A stretch of DNA of 64,000 nt from Vicinamibacterales bacterium. Lineage in GTDB: Bacteria > Acidobacteriota > Vicinamibacteria > Vicinamibacterales > UBA8438. The stretch covers positions 3,338,942-3,402,941 of the forward strand of contig CBDCCN010000004.1 in NCBI GenBank assembly GCA_965214865.1, in the 5' to 3' direction. Below the pieces are notes generated by a model that saw only the letters and a program-made list of their open reading frames with translations, did no database searches and was not told where the DNA came from. The first letter of the stretch is position 1, and each line of letters opens with the position of its first letter. Position numbers and translations under genes: made by a program. Shown here piece by piece: positions 1 to 10,900 of this stretch.

Positions 1-58
1 CGGGAATGAATCTTGCTTTCTGCTCTTCCGGTTGTCGCGACGCAGGGAGGAGCGAGCG

Positions 59-409
59 ATGGAATGGTACGAAGTCCTGTCCGTGGTCGCCGTCGGAACG
101 GCGTTGCTGTGGGGCGGGTGGCGTCTGCACGGCGGGATTCGTGTGATCGTCGAACGTGCGGAACAGCGCGTGATGCAGCACACCGATGCGACCTTCGACA
201 TCCTTGCGCAACAGAACGATGCGGCGCATGCCGGGATCACGGCGTGCGTCGATCGACATGCGCAACAGAACGATGCGGCCCTGGCGGAGACGAGGACGGA
301 GCTTGCGAAGGTCAGCGAAAACGTGGCGTACATACGCGGTCGGATGGACGAGCGGCGGGGACGACCGGGGGACGTCGTCGATGATGCGGGCGCAGATCCT
401 GGACTATGA
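59..409 (+). CDS. Small membrane-anchored coiled-coil protein
   Basis: GGGAGG RBS before ATG59; N-terminal TM helix (VLSVVAVGTALLWGGW) then helical region with repeated AQQNDAA (exact 21-bp repeat at 205-225 and 259-279). Confidence 0.75.
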   Translation: MEWYEVLSVVAVGTALLWGGWRLHGGIRVIVERAEQRVMQHTDATFDILAQQNDAAHAGITACVDRHAQQNDAALAETRTELAKVSENVAYIRGRMDERRGRPGDVVDDAGADPGL

Positions 410-506
410 TCGTGCGGTGATCGGTTCCAGCCGGCGGGAGCCGCGTCGCCTGCAGCGGGTTCTTTCCGCCGGAGGGGCTCCCGACCCGCCGCGGTCGGCC
501 CATCCT

Positions 507-3032
507 GTGACTGGCCGCGGCGCGCCGTCCGCGGCGCTCCCTGTCGTCGTCGTCCTGCTGATCGGGCTTTCCAGCTTCTCGGCCGCCCAACCCGACGGGG
601 TTTCCGAGGCGCAGCAGTTTCACGGGCGCGCGACGCGCGCCCTCGCGCACGGGGACCGCGAGGCGGCCGAGGAACTCGCCGCCGGCCGCGATCCATCCGA
701 TCCGGCCGCCGCCGCGCTTCGGGCCCGGCTGCTGATCGACGTGGGGAACTACGAAGAGGCGGAGGCGCTGCTCGCGCCGGCCGCCCGGGCGGCGCCGAGC
801 AGCGTGGCCGGGCTCGAGCTCGCCCGCCTGCTCGGGACGCTCGGCCGCGCCGGCGAGGCGGCGCCGTTCCTCGAGGCGGTCATCGTCAGGGGACTGAACT
901 CCTTCGACGGGCTGTCGCAGTATTACGGCGCGCTCGCCTCCCGCACCGCCGGCAGCTTCCGGCGGGCCAACACGTTCTTCCGCGGCGCCGCCCGCGCGCT
1001 GCCCGACGATCCCGCGATCCACACCGCGTGGGGCGAGCTGTTTCTGGAGAAGTACAACAACCCGGACGCCCTGCAGTCGTTCCAGGACGCGCTGCAGCTC
1101 GACGAGGACTGGACGCCGGCGCTGGTCGGGATGGCGCGGGTGCTGGCCAACGAGAACCCCCCGGCGGCCCGCGGGGCGGTGGAGCGCGCCCTCGGCGTCG
1201 ACGAGTCGAACGTCGCGGCGCACCTGTTCGTCGCGGAGCTGGAGCTCGGCGACCGGAACCGCGACGCCGCCCGCGCATCGATCGAGCGGGCCCTCGCCGT
1301 CAACCCGCGCAGCCTGGAGGCGCGGTCGCTGCTCGCGGCCATCGCCTGGCTGGAGGACCGGGCCGACGACTTCGCGGCCGAGGTCGAGCGGGCGTTGGCG
1401 ATCAACCCGACCTACGGCGACGTCTACCGCATCGCGGGCAGCCAGACGGCGCGGGCCTACCGCTTCCCCGAGGCGGTGACCCTCGTCCGGCGCGCCCTGG
1501 CGCTCGAGCCGGACAACACCCGCGCCTACGCCGAGCTCGGGATGCACCTGCTGCGCACCGGCGACGAGCCGGCCGCGCGCGCCGCGCTGGAGCGGTCGTT
1601 CGAAGAGGATCCCTACGACGTCGTGACGTTCAACCTGCTGCAGATGATGGACAACCTGGACGAGTTCGTGACCGTCGAGCGGGGGGATCTCATCGTGCGG
1701 CTCCATCCCGACGAGGCCCCGGCTCTCGAACCATACGTCCTCGACGTCGCCCAGGAAGCGCTCGACGAGCTTTCCGCGCGGTACGACATGACGGTGCAGA
1801 CGCCGATTCTCGTCGAGGTGTTTCCGAGCCACGACGACTTCGCGGTGCGCACCCTGGGGCTGCCGGGCATGATCGGCGCGTTGGGCGCGTGCTTCGGCCA
1901 GGTGGTCACCCTCGACTCGCCGCGCGCCCGCCCGCCGGGCGACTTCAACTGGATGTCGACGCTGTGGCACGAGATGGCCCACGTCATCACCCTGCAGATG
2001 TCGCGGCAGCGGCTGCCGCGCTGGCTGAGCGAGGGGATCTCGACCTACGAGGAGAAGCGCAGGCGCCTGGCCTGGGGCCGCGACCAGGTGCTGGAGTTCG
2101 CTAACGCGCTCAACGGCGGCACGCTCTTGTCGATCAGCGAGCTCGACCGCGGGTTCACGCGGCCCGAGTCGATATCGCTTTCCTACTTCCATGCCTCCGT
2201 GGTGGTCGAGCACCTGATCGAGGCCTACGGCCTGGAGGCCCTCCGGACCCTGATTCGGGCGTACGGCGACGGGTTGGAGACCGAGGAGGCCCTCGGCCGC
2301 ATCGATCTCGACTACGAGCGCCTCCAGGCGAGCTTCGACACGGCGGTGGAGGAGCAGTTCGGCGCGCTGCGGCGCGCTCTCCAGAGCGCCCCGCGGAACC
2401 TGCCCGAGGGACCGGAGCGTCTCGAAACGCTGCGGAGGCTGGCGGAGGAGCAGCCGGAGAACTTCAACGTGCAGTTCGGGCTCGGCCGCGCCCTGCGGGC
2501 CGCCGGTGACATGGCCGGGGCGCGCGCCGCCTTCGAGCGGGCGGCGGCGCTGGCGCCGATGGCGACCGGCCTGGAGAGTCCGCGCGGGCAGTTGGCGAGT
2601 CTCGCCGAGGCGGAGGGCGACGCCGAGCGCGCCATGGCGGAGCTGGAGCGCCTGCTGATGTACGACGAGACCTCGATCGACGCTGTCCGCACGTTCGCCG
2701 CGCTGGCGGAGGAGGCGGGAGACGACGCGCGCCTGCAGGCGGCCTACGAGCGGCTGATCGAGATCGATCCGTTCGATCCGATCCCCCACCAGACGCTCGG
2801 CCGCATCGCGAAGGAGGCCGGGCGGAACGACGACGCGGTGCGGGAACTGCAGGTGGCCCTGGCCCTCGGACCGGTGGATCGGGTGGCCGCCCACACGGAC
2901 CTGGCGGAGACGCTGTTCGCGGCCGGACGGATCGCCGAGGCGCGGCGCCAGACGCTCGCCGCGCTGGAGATCGCCCCGACCTACGACCGAGCGCTGGAGC
3001 TGCTGCTGGCCATCGTCGAGGCCGACCGGTGA
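507..3032 (+). CDS. Secreted TPR-repeat protein with gluzincin/peptidase MA-like domain
   Basis: Signal-like N-terminus after GTG507 (start uncertain); many TPR-like helices; HEMAH (HExxH) followed by PRWLSEG. Confidence 0.85.
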   Translation: MTGRGAPSAALPVVVVLLIGLSSFSAAQPDGVSEAQQFHGRATRALAHGDREAAEELAAGRDPSDPAAAALRARLLIDVGNYEEAEALLAPAARAAPSSVAGLELARLLGTLGRAGEAAPFLEAVIVRGLNSFDGLSQYYGALASRTAGSFRRANTFFRGAARALPDDPAIHTAWGELFLEKYNNPDALQSFQDALQLDEDWTPALVGMARVLANENPPAARGAVERALGVDESNVAAHLFVAELELGDRNRDAARASIERALAVNPRSLEARSLLAAIAWLEDRADDFAAEVERALAINPTYGDVYRIAGSQTARAYRFPEAVTLVRRALALEPDNTRAYAELGMHLLRTGDEPAARAALERSFEEDPYDVVTFNLLQMMDNLDEFVTVERGDLIVRLHPDEAPALEPYVLDVAQEALDELSARYDMTVQTPILVEVFPSHDDFAVRTLGLPGMIGALGACFGQVVTLDSPRARPPGDFNWMSTLWHEMAHVITLQMSRQRLPRWLSEGISTYEEKRRRLAWGRDQVLEFANALNGGTLLSISELDRGFTRPESISLSYFHASVVVEHLIEAYGLEALRTLIRAYGDGLETEEALGRIDLDYERLQASFDTAVEEQFGALRRALQSAPRNLPEGPERLETLRRLAEEQPENFNVQFGLGRALRAAGDMAGARAAFERAAALAPMATGLESPRGQLASLAEAEGDAERAMAELERLLMYDETSIDAVRTFAALAEEAGDDARLQAAYERLIEIDPFDPIPHQTLGRIAKEAGRNDDAVRELQVALALGPVDRVAAHTDLAETLFAAGRIAEARRQTLAALEIAPTYDRALELLLAIVEADR

Positions 3033-3820
3033 AAGGTGCGTGGCCGCGGGCCGCCGCGGTCGTCGCCGCGTTTCTGGCGTTCGGCGCGCCGGTGACGTCA
3101 GGCCAGGACGAGGCGCTGCCGGAGCGGGACGGCCTGACCGGGCTCGAATGGCGCTTCGTCCGCATCCGCTACAGCACGCCGCCGGCCCAGCTCGCCGAGT
3201 TCAAGCGCATCTACTGGGTCGATCCGTGGGAGGTCGACGCGCCGGTCGCCGAGCAGAACCTGTCGCGGCGCATGGCGCGGGTGACGAGCTTGCAGGTGAA
3301 CGAGCCGATCGTCCTGGAGCTGATGGACGAGGCGATCTGGGAGCATCCCTGGATCTACATCGTCGAGCCGGCGAACCTGATGCTGACCGACGCGGAGGTC
3401 GACGTCCTGCGCGAGTTCCTGCTGCGGGGCGGGACGGTGACGTTCGACGACTTCCACGGGCCGCAGGAATGGGCGCTGTTCGAGCGGCAGATGGGGCGCG
3501 TCTTCCCGGATCGCGAGATCGTGCGGCTGCCCGCGGACCATCCGGTGTTCAGTTGTTTCTACCAGCTCGACGAGTATCCGCAGATCGCCGGCCTCGGGTC
3601 GTACTTCAACAACGTCACCTGGGAGAAGGGCGGGTTCGAGGCGCAGCTCCACGGGATTCTCGACGACGACGGCCGGGTGATGGCGCTCGTCAACTTCAAC
3701 ACGGACATGGGGGACGGCTGGGAGTGGTCCAACGCCGAGCAGTATCCCGGCTACATCCGGTACACCGCGCAGTCGTACCGCATGTTCATAAACGAGATCG
3801 TCTACGCGTTGACCCACTGA
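3029..3820 (+). CDS. DUF4159 domain protein, secreted
   Basis: FVRIRY, LREFLLRGG..FDDF, HPVF, NTDMGDGWE motifs; GTGA overlap with upstream stop. Confidence 0.85.
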   Translation: MKGAWPRAAAVVAAFLAFGAPVTSGQDEALPERDGLTGLEWRFVRIRYSTPPAQLAEFKRIYWVDPWEVDAPVAEQNLSRRMARVTSLQVNEPIVLELMDEAIWEHPWIYIVEPANLMLTDAEVDVLREFLLRGGTVTFDDFHGPQEWALFERQMGRVFPDREIVRLPADHPVFSCFYQLDEYPQIAGLGSYFNNVTWEKGGFEAQLHGILDDDGRVMALVNFNTDMGDGWEWSNAEQYPGYIRYTAQSYRMFINEIVYALTH

Positions 3821-3902
3821 GCGGGGGATGACGACTTCCACCACCGCCGTGGCGGAGACCTGAGCGGGGGATGACGACCACCCCGACCGCTGCGGCGGAG
3901 GC
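3817..3902 (+). repeat. 43-bp imperfect tandem duplication of the stop/RBS/start region of moxR
   Basis: CTGAGCGGGGGATGACGAC at 3817 and 3860; creates mini-ORF MTTSTTAVAET* (3828-3863). Confidence 0.85.
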
Positions 3903-4881
3903 GCCGGCCGAACGGGTGATGGAGGGCCGCGCGCGGATCCTGGCCGAGCTGCGCAAGGTGATCGTGGGCCAGGACGAGGTGCTCGATCTCGTCCTGACGG
4001 CGCTGTTCGCGGGCGGGCACTGCCTAATCACCGGAGTGCCCGGCCTGGCCAAGACGCTGCTCGTCAAGACGCTGGCCGACGTGCTGCACCTGTCGTTCAA
4101 GCGGATCCAGTTCACCCCCGACCTGATGCCGGCCGACATCACCGGGACCGAGATCATCGACGAGACCAGCGGCCACCGCGAGCTGACGTTCGTCAAGGGG
4201 CCGGTCTTCGCGCAGATTATCCTTGCAGACGAGATCAACCGGACGCCGCCGAAGACGCAGTCGGCGCTGCTCGAGGCGATGCAGGAGCACCATGTGACGG
4301 CGGCGGGGCGCACTTGGCCGCTCGAAGAGCCGTTCCTCGTGCTCGCGACCCAGAACCCGATCGAGCTCGAAGGCACCTACCCGCTGCCCGAGGCGCAACT
4401 GTCCCGCTTCATGTTCAACATCGTCATGGGCTACCTGGCCGAGGACGACGAGGTGCGCGTGGTGACCCGCACGACCTCCGACGAGCCCCCCGCGCTCGAC
4501 CGCGTGCTGCACGGCGACGACGTCCTGGCGTTCCAGCACCTGGTGCGGCAGGTGGTGGTGGCCGACGAGGTGGCGCGCTACGCCGTCCGGCTCGTCGACG
4601 CCTCGCGGCCGGGGCGGGCCGGCACGCCGGACTTCGTCGAGCGCTGGGTGAAGTGGGGCGCCGGCACCCGCGCGTCGCAGGCGCTGGTGCTCGGCGGGAA
4701 GGCGCGCGCGCTGATGGCGGGACGCTACCACGTATCGGTGGCGGACATCCGGGCGCTGGCGCCGCCGACGCTGCGGCACCGCCTGGTGACCAACTTCTAC
4801 GCCGAGTCCGAGGGCGTCGACGCGGAGACGATCGCCGCGCGGCTCCTCGACGCCGTGCCGGCTCCCGCGAGCGGGATGTGA
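3871..4881 (+). CDS. moxR: MoxR-family AAA+ ATPase
   Basis: Walker A GVPGLAKT, RIQFTPDLMPADITG, Walker B ILADEINRTPPKTQSALLEAM, ATQNPIELEGTYPLPEAQ. Confidence 0.95.
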   Translation: MTTTPTAAAEAPAERVMEGRARILAELRKVIVGQDEVLDLVLTALFAGGHCLITGVPGLAKTLLVKTLADVLHLSFKRIQFTPDLMPADITGTEIIDETSGHRELTFVKGPVFAQIILADEINRTPPKTQSALLEAMQEHHVTAAGRTWPLEEPFLVLATQNPIELEGTYPLPEAQLSRFMFNIVMGYLAEDDEVRVVTRTTSDEPPALDRVLHGDDVLAFQHLVRQVVVADEVARYAVRLVDASRPGRAGTPDFVERWVKWGAGTRASQALVLGGKARALMAGRYHVSVADIRALAPPTLRHRLVTNFYAESEGVDAETIAARLLDAVPAPASGM

Positions 4882-5774
4882 AGGAACGCCCGGCGCTCGG
4901 GTATCTCGATCCGGAGACGGTCGCGGGCCTCGGCTCGATGGAGCTGCGGGCCCGCGCGGTGGTCGAGGGCTTCCTCCTCGGCCTGCACCGCAGTCCCTCG
5001 ACCGGCTTCAGCGCCGAGTTCTCCGAGTACCGCCAGTACATGCCGGGCGACGATCTGTCGACCCTGGACTGGAAGGTCTACGGCCGCAGCGACCGGTTCT
5101 ACGTCAAGCGGTTCGAGGAGGAGACCAACGTCGACTGCCGGGTCCTGCTGGACGTGTCGGCGTCGATGAGCTACCGCTCCGGCGCGGTGTCGAAGCTGCA
5201 GTACGGCTCGTATCTCGCGGCCGCGCTGGCCTGGCTGATGAACCGGCAGCACGACGCCGTCGGGCTCCTGACCTTCGACGAGTGGGTCGTGACCAACGTC
5301 CCGGTCAGCGCGCGCCCCGGTCATCTGCGCCGGATCCTGGTCGCACTGGAGCAGATTCGGATCGGGCGCCGCTCGAACGTTTCGCAGGCGCTGAACGCGC
5401 TGGCCGCCGCGATGCGCCGGCGGGGGATGGTGGTGCTGATCTCCGATCTGCTCGACGATCCGGAAGCGGTCGTCGCCGGCCTGAAGCACCTGAAGTTCCG
5501 GGGCAGCGAGGTCATCGTGTTCCACGTGCTCGACCCGGCCGAGCTGCAGTTTCCGTTCGAGCGCGCGATGCGGTTCCAGGATCTGGAGACCGGCCGGGAG
5601 GTGACCACCGTCGCCGCGGAGATCCGGGACGGTTACGTCCGCGAGATGGAGCGGATGACGGCGCGCTACCGCCGTGCGCTGCGGCTGGCGGGCATCGAAT
5701 ACAGCCGGGTGCAGACCGTGCAGCCGCTCGACGGCGCGCTCCGCGAGTATCTGGGCGCCCGGAGCCGGCGCTGA
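4878..5774 (+). CDS. DUF58 domain protein (MoxR partner)
   Basis: GLHRS...GFSAEFSEYRQYMPGDDL..LDWKVYGRSDR..VKRFEEE; GTG4878 overlaps moxR stop. Confidence 0.92.
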   Translation: MKERPALGYLDPETVAGLGSMELRARAVVEGFLLGLHRSPSTGFSAEFSEYRQYMPGDDLSTLDWKVYGRSDRFYVKRFEEETNVDCRVLLDVSASMSYRSGAVSKLQYGSYLAAALAWLMNRQHDAVGLLTFDEWVVTNVPVSARPGHLRRILVALEQIRIGRRSNVSQALNALAAAMRRRGMVVLISDLLDDPEAVVAGLKHLKFRGSEVIVFHVLDPAELQFPFERAMRFQDLETGREVTTVAAEIRDGYVREMERMTARYRRALRLAGIEYSRVQTVQPLDGALREYLGARSRR

Positions 5775-7801
5775 TGTCGTTCCTCTTTCCCGCCTTCCTG
5801 CTCGGGGGGCTGGCGGCGGCGGCGCCGATCCTCCTGCACTTCTTCGCGCGGGATCGGGCGCCGCGGCTGCCGTTCAGCGACGTCCGGTTTCTCGAACGAG
5901 CGTTCGTGCGCCGCGACCGGCGCCGGCGGCTGCGCGAGCTGCTGCTGCTGGCCCTGCGGGTGGCGGCGCTGCTGCTGCTCGCCGTCGCCTTCGCGCGGCC
6001 GTTCCTGGACGCGGCCGACCCGGCGCGGCGGATCACCGTGGTCGCGGTGGACCGTTCGCTGAGCCTGTCGGCGCCGGGGCAGATGGCCCTTGCCCGCCGG
6101 CGCGCCCTGGAGGTGGTGGCCGCGACGCCGTCGGACGAATCGATCGCCGTGGTGGCGTTCGACGCTACCGCGGAGGTCGTGGCGGGGCCGGCGGCCGGCC
6201 GGCCGCCGGTGCACGCCGCGATCGGACGGATCGCGCCGACGGCCGGCGCGACGAGCTACCCGGCGGGGCTCGCAGCGGCGGTCGAGGCGCTCGACGGGCG
6301 GTCGGGCCGGATCGTCTTGGTGACCGACCTGCAGGCGGCGGGCTGGCCGGAGGGCGCCCGGGCGGCGGTTCCGGAGTACGTGGAGGTCGAGGTCGCAGGC
6401 GTGCCGCCGGTCGAGCGCAACCTTGCCGTGACTGCCGCCGGAGTCGAGGGCGGGGGTCTGGCCGCCGTCATCCTCAACACGGGATCGGAGCCGGTCGAGA
6501 CGGAAACGGTGCTCCTGCTCGCCGGGCGCGAGGTCGTCCGGCGGCCGGTGACGCTCCAGCCCGGCGCTACGGAGATGCACTGGAACGTGCGGGCGGCCGG
6601 GGCCGTGGTCAGCGCGGCCGACCGGGGTCCGGAAGCAGAAGCCCGGGAGGAGGCGCTTCGGAATGCTCAGGTTGCAGCGGTCCGTGTGACTGACCGGGAC
6701 GGTTACCGGTGGGACGACACTCGTTACGTGCTGCTCGGTCCCGCGAGTCCGACGGTCGTCCACGTCGTCGCCAACAGCGGAACGCTCGACGCCGAGGCGT
6801 TCTATCTCGCGCAGGCGCTCGGCGTTGCGCCCGGATCCCGGCCGTTCGAGGTCCGTCCGGTGACGCCCGCCGCGCTGACCGCACCGGACGCGTCCGGCCG
6901 GCTGGCGGGCGACGTGGTCGTGATCGTCGGCACGGACGGACTGAGCCGTCCCGGACGGGCGCGCATCGCCGCGTTCGTCGAGGCCGGCGGCGGTCTGCTG
7001 CTCGCGCCCGGGCCGGGCGTCGATCCGCGGCTGGTCCGCGACCTGTTCGGCGAATCGGTCGAGCTGGCGGTCGAGGCCCCGATGGAGACATCTTCGGACG
7101 CCGCCGCCCGCCGGCTCGCGGTGGTGGATCCGCGCCATCCCGTGTTCCGGCCGTTCGGCGACGTCGTGGCGACGCTCGGTCAGGTCCGTTTCACCGGTAC
7201 GATTCCCGTGACCCTCGCCGAGCGCGGAGATGCCGGCGCCGGGATCGGATCGGGCGGCAGCGCCTCGACGTCCCGCTCCGACAGCAACGTCGACCGCTCG
7301 GGGACTGACGGTCCGGCGCGCGTCCTGGCCCGGTTCGATCACGGCGACCCGGCGCTGATCGAGTACGGCCGGGGGGACGGCCGGGCGTTCGTTTTCGCGT
7401 CCGACCTGAACATGGGATGGAACGACTTCCCGCGCCGTCCGGGCTTCGTGCCGTTTCTTCAGGAGACCGTCCGGTACCTGGCCGGCCCGGGCGAATTGCC
7501 GCGCGACGTGCTTCCGGCTGACGCCCCCCCCGGCGTCCCGCGCATCCCCGGCGCGGCAACGGATCCTGCTTCCGGGCGCCGCGTCGCCGTCAACGTGGAT
7601 CCCCGTGAGTCCGAGCCCGGTCCGCTGACACCGGACGAGTTCCTGGCGCGTCTCGGCAACGCCCCGGCCGGTGAAACCGGCGCAACACTGGTTCCTGACG
7701 GCGTTACCCGTGAAGCCGAGCAGTCGCTCTGGTGGTACGTCGTGCTCGCCGTAGCGGTCGTCCTGGTCGGCGAAGCATGGCTCGGGCGTTCCATGGCGTG
7801 A
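5774..7801 (+). CDS. BatA N-terminal domain + vWA membrane protein
   Basis: MSFLFPAFLLGGLAAAAPILLH...AFARP (BatA-type); MIDAS-like DRSLS; C-terminal VNVDPRES and TM helix; TGATG coupling. Confidence 0.88.
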   Translation: MSFLFPAFLLGGLAAAAPILLHFFARDRAPRLPFSDVRFLERAFVRRDRRRRLRELLLLALRVAALLLLAVAFARPFLDAADPARRITVVAVDRSLSLSAPGQMALARRRALEVVAATPSDESIAVVAFDATAEVVAGPAAGRPPVHAAIGRIAPTAGATSYPAGLAAAVEALDGRSGRIVLVTDLQAAGWPEGARAAVPEYVEVEVAGVPPVERNLAVTAAGVEGGGLAAVILNTGSEPVETETVLLLAGREVVRRPVTLQPGATEMHWNVRAAGAVVSAADRGPEAEAREEALRNAQVAAVRVTDRDGYRWDDTRYVLLGPASPTVVHVVANSGTLDAEAFYLAQALGVAPGSRPFEVRPVTPAALTAPDASGRLAGDVVVIVGTDGLSRPGRARIAAFVEAGGGLLLAPGPGVDPRLVRDLFGESVELAVEAPMETSSDAAARRLAVVDPRHPVFRPFGDVVATLGQVRFTGTIPVTLAERGDAGAGIGSGGSASTSRSDSNVDRSGTDGPARVLARFDHGDPALIEYGRGDGRAFVFASDLNMGWNDFPRRPGFVPFLQETVRYLAGPGELPRDVLPADAPPGVPRIPGAATDPASGRRVAVNVDPRESEPGPLTPDEFLARLGNAPAGETGATLVPDGVTREAEQSLWWYVVLAVAVVLVGEAWLGRSMA

Positions 7802-7900
7802 GCCCGACGCCGGTGACCGACGAACGGCTGAAACCTCTCGGCGCTGCGATTCGAGACGGCATGCGCGCCGGGAGGCGGAATGCGCATCTACCGCCGCGGA

Positions 7901-7906
7901 TATAAT
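7901..7906 (+). promoter_or_regulatory. Sigma70-type -10 box, probable leaderless promoter
   Basis: TATAAT 6 nt upstream of in-frame GTG7913 in GC-rich DNA. Confidence 0.5.
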
Positions 7907-7912
7907 CGGGAC

Positions 7913-10900
7913 GTGCTCGGGTCCCGCTCCGCGCCTGCGTCGAGCATGGCCGAGATCGCTGCGCTGCTGAGGTCGGTGCGCCGGCGGTGGATGGCGGTGC
8001 GCGTCATGCGCGGCGTGGCCCTGGCCGCCGCCGTCGCGTTGCTGGCGCTGGCGCTGCTGCTCGCGGTCGACCTCCTGCTCGCTCCCGCCGACCTCGTCGT
8101 GGCCGTGCTGGCGGCCGGTGCGGCGGGAGTCGCCGCCGGTGCCGCCGCCTGGACCTTCTGGCCGTTGCGGCGTGGTCCCTCCGAGCGGCGGACAGCCCGC
8201 TATGTCGAAGAGCGCTGTCCCGAGTTCCGGGATCGGCTGGCGAGCGCCGTCGATTTCCGCGAGACGCCGTCGCCCTTCGCTGGCCGGGTGCTGGACGACG
8301 CCGCGCGCTGCGCGCGGGGTCTCGATCTCGACCGCGTGGTCGCGGCGCGGGTGGTCCGCCGGGCCGTTGCCGGCGGGGCCGGCGCCGCGGCGGCGCTCGC
8401 GGCCCTGCTGCTTGTCGGCGCCGACGTGGTGGGCCGCATCGCCCGCAGCGCCTGGCTGTACGCTGCGCCGTTCGGCGCGACGCTGATCGTCGAGCCGGGC
8501 GCGGCGCGACTGGTTGCGGGCGAGCCGCTGAACGTGCGGGCGCGCCTCACCGATACACTCGGCGCTTTCGGGCGGTCGGTTCCGCGCGTGACGGTCGTGG
8601 ACGCCTCCGGCGGGCGCTCCGTCCTCGCCATGCAACCGCGCGGCACGGGGTACGCGGCGACGTTGCCGCCTGCCGCGGGAAGCTTCACGTACCGGGTCAC
8701 CGCCGCGGCGCTCGAATCGGAGGACTACGCGGTGACCGTCCTCCACGCCCCGCGCGTGGAGCGTATCGACGTCGCCTACGTGTATCCCGCGTACATCGGC
8801 CTCGATCCCCGCGTCGAGACGGGCGGCGGCGACATATTCGCACCGGAAGGCACCGTGGTGACGGTGACGGTGCACGCCGACAAGCCGGTCCGCGACGGTT
8901 CGGTACGGCTGGCGGCGCGCGGCGACGTCGATCTGCGCCGCGACGCGCCGGCTGCGATGTCGGCGTCGTTCGAGGTGACCGGCGACGACACGTACCGTGT
9001 CGCGCTCCGGGACGCCGACGGCCTGTCGAACCGGGCCGCTGCGGAGTACGTCGTCCGGGCGGTGGCCGATGACGCCCCCCTCGTCGAGGTGCGCCGACCG
9101 GGCGGAGACCGCGAGATCACGCCGCTCGAGGAGGTGGTGATCGAGGCGCGCGCCGAGGACGATTTCGCCCTGGCCCGGTTCGATCTCGTCTACGCGGCGG
9201 CCGGCGGCGCGGAGCGGGTCGTCGATCTGCTCGGTGGGGAGTCGATGGCGCGCGGCGCCGGCGTCCATACCCTCTACGCCGAAGATCTCGACGTGTCGCC
9301 GGGGGACGTCATCAGCTATTACGTCCGGGCGGGCGACGGCAGGCCCGCGCGCGTGCGCGAGACGCGCAGCGACATCTACTTCCTGGAGGTGCGGCCGTTC
9401 GAGCGGGAGTTCGAGGATGCGCCGAGCCAGTCGTCGCTGTCGATGGACGCGGGCACGGTCGGGCAGCTCGCCGGCGTGCAGAAGGAGATCGTCGCCGCGA
9501 CCTGGCGGCTGGACGGCCGGCCGAACCTGGCCGCGGACGACGCGGACCTCGTGGCGGTGGCGGACGCGCAGGCCGAGTTGCGCCAGACCGCGCTGGGCGC
9601 CGCGGCGCGGACGCTGCAGCACCGGGGTGGGCGGGCGGAGCGGCAGGCGCTGGCCGCCGCGGTGGACGCCATGGCGCGGGCGGAGGAGGCGTTGCGAGCC
9701 GCGTCGACCGGCGCCGCCCTGCCGCCCGAGATGGAGGCGCTGGCCGCGCTGTTGCGCGCGCAGGCCGCGATCCGGCGCACGCGCGTCTCGCGCGGCGGCA
9801 GCGGACGGTCGGCGGCGTGGCAACCCCAGGAGGACCTCTCCGCGCTGTTCGACCGAGACCTGCGCCGCGAGCAGGAAACCAACTACGAGAACCGGCCCTC
9901 CAGCCCGCCCGCCGAATCGAACGCTGCGGAGAGCGACGCCCTGCGCCGCGTGCGGGAGCTGGCGGAACGGCAGGCGGCGCTCGGCCGGGCGCAGGACGAC
10001 CTGGCGCGCCGGCGCGACACGTTCGACGACGAGGAGGCGGCTCGCGTCCTCGCCAGGCTCACCCGCGAGCAGGAGGAGCTGCGCGAGCAGGCGGAAGCGC
10101 TCGAGCGGGAGATCGAGGTGCGCACGGCGGGCGGCCGGTCGAGCGCGTCGTCCGGATCGGACGCGCCCGGTTCGCGCCGTTCACCGACGTCCCCGGGATC
10201 GTTCGACTCGTCCACGTCCAGGCCGCCTGGTTCCTCCACGCCCTCGGCATCGGGTGAATCGTCCCGTGCGACTGCGGTCGCCGAATCGAAATCTCCCGAA
10301 TCGAACGCTCGCGGTGCGGGCGGAGCCGGCGCACCGATGCGGCGGGCGCTGGCCGAGTTGCGGCGCGGGCAGGTCGCGGAGGCGGCCGAGCGGGCCCGCG
10401 AAGCACTCGAGCGCCTGCGCGCTCTGGAGCGGGAGCTCGTCGGCGCGGACACCGCCGCGAAGTCCGACGACAGCCATCGGCTCTCGGCCGAGTTGCAGGC
10501 CGCCGAGGAGGTGCGCCGGAGCCTGGAGGCGTTGGGAGAGCGGCTCGGCCGCATCGGGATGGAACCAGAGGAAGCTGGCGGGACCGGCCGGCGCACCGAC
10601 GATCCCGGCGACGAAGCGGTTCGAGCGCCCGACGGCGGCGGTCGGACCGACAGGGGCCGGCGCAGCGACGGCGAGCTGGCGGCCTTCGGGGCGGCGGCCC
10701 GGGAACTGCTCCGCCGTCTGGAGGCCCTGCCGGACCTGCGGGATGCCTTGCGCGAGGCGCGGCCGGGCATGCTGGAAGACCTGGCCCGATGGGCGGCGCG
10801 TCCCACCGGCGGGGGGCCGGCGCTGCAGGCGTTCGAGCAGGACTTCGCCCCGTGGGAGAGCCTGCGCGACGGGGTCCGGCAGGCGATCGAGGCGTTCGAG

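Noticed and set aside
10130-10340. Ser/Pro-rich insert in the DUF4175-like gene (also the Ala-rich linker in chrA and the Asn/Gly tail of the rSAM protein) as inteins or mobile inserts
   Set aside because: Low-complexity in-frame linkers with no intein motifs or flanking repeats
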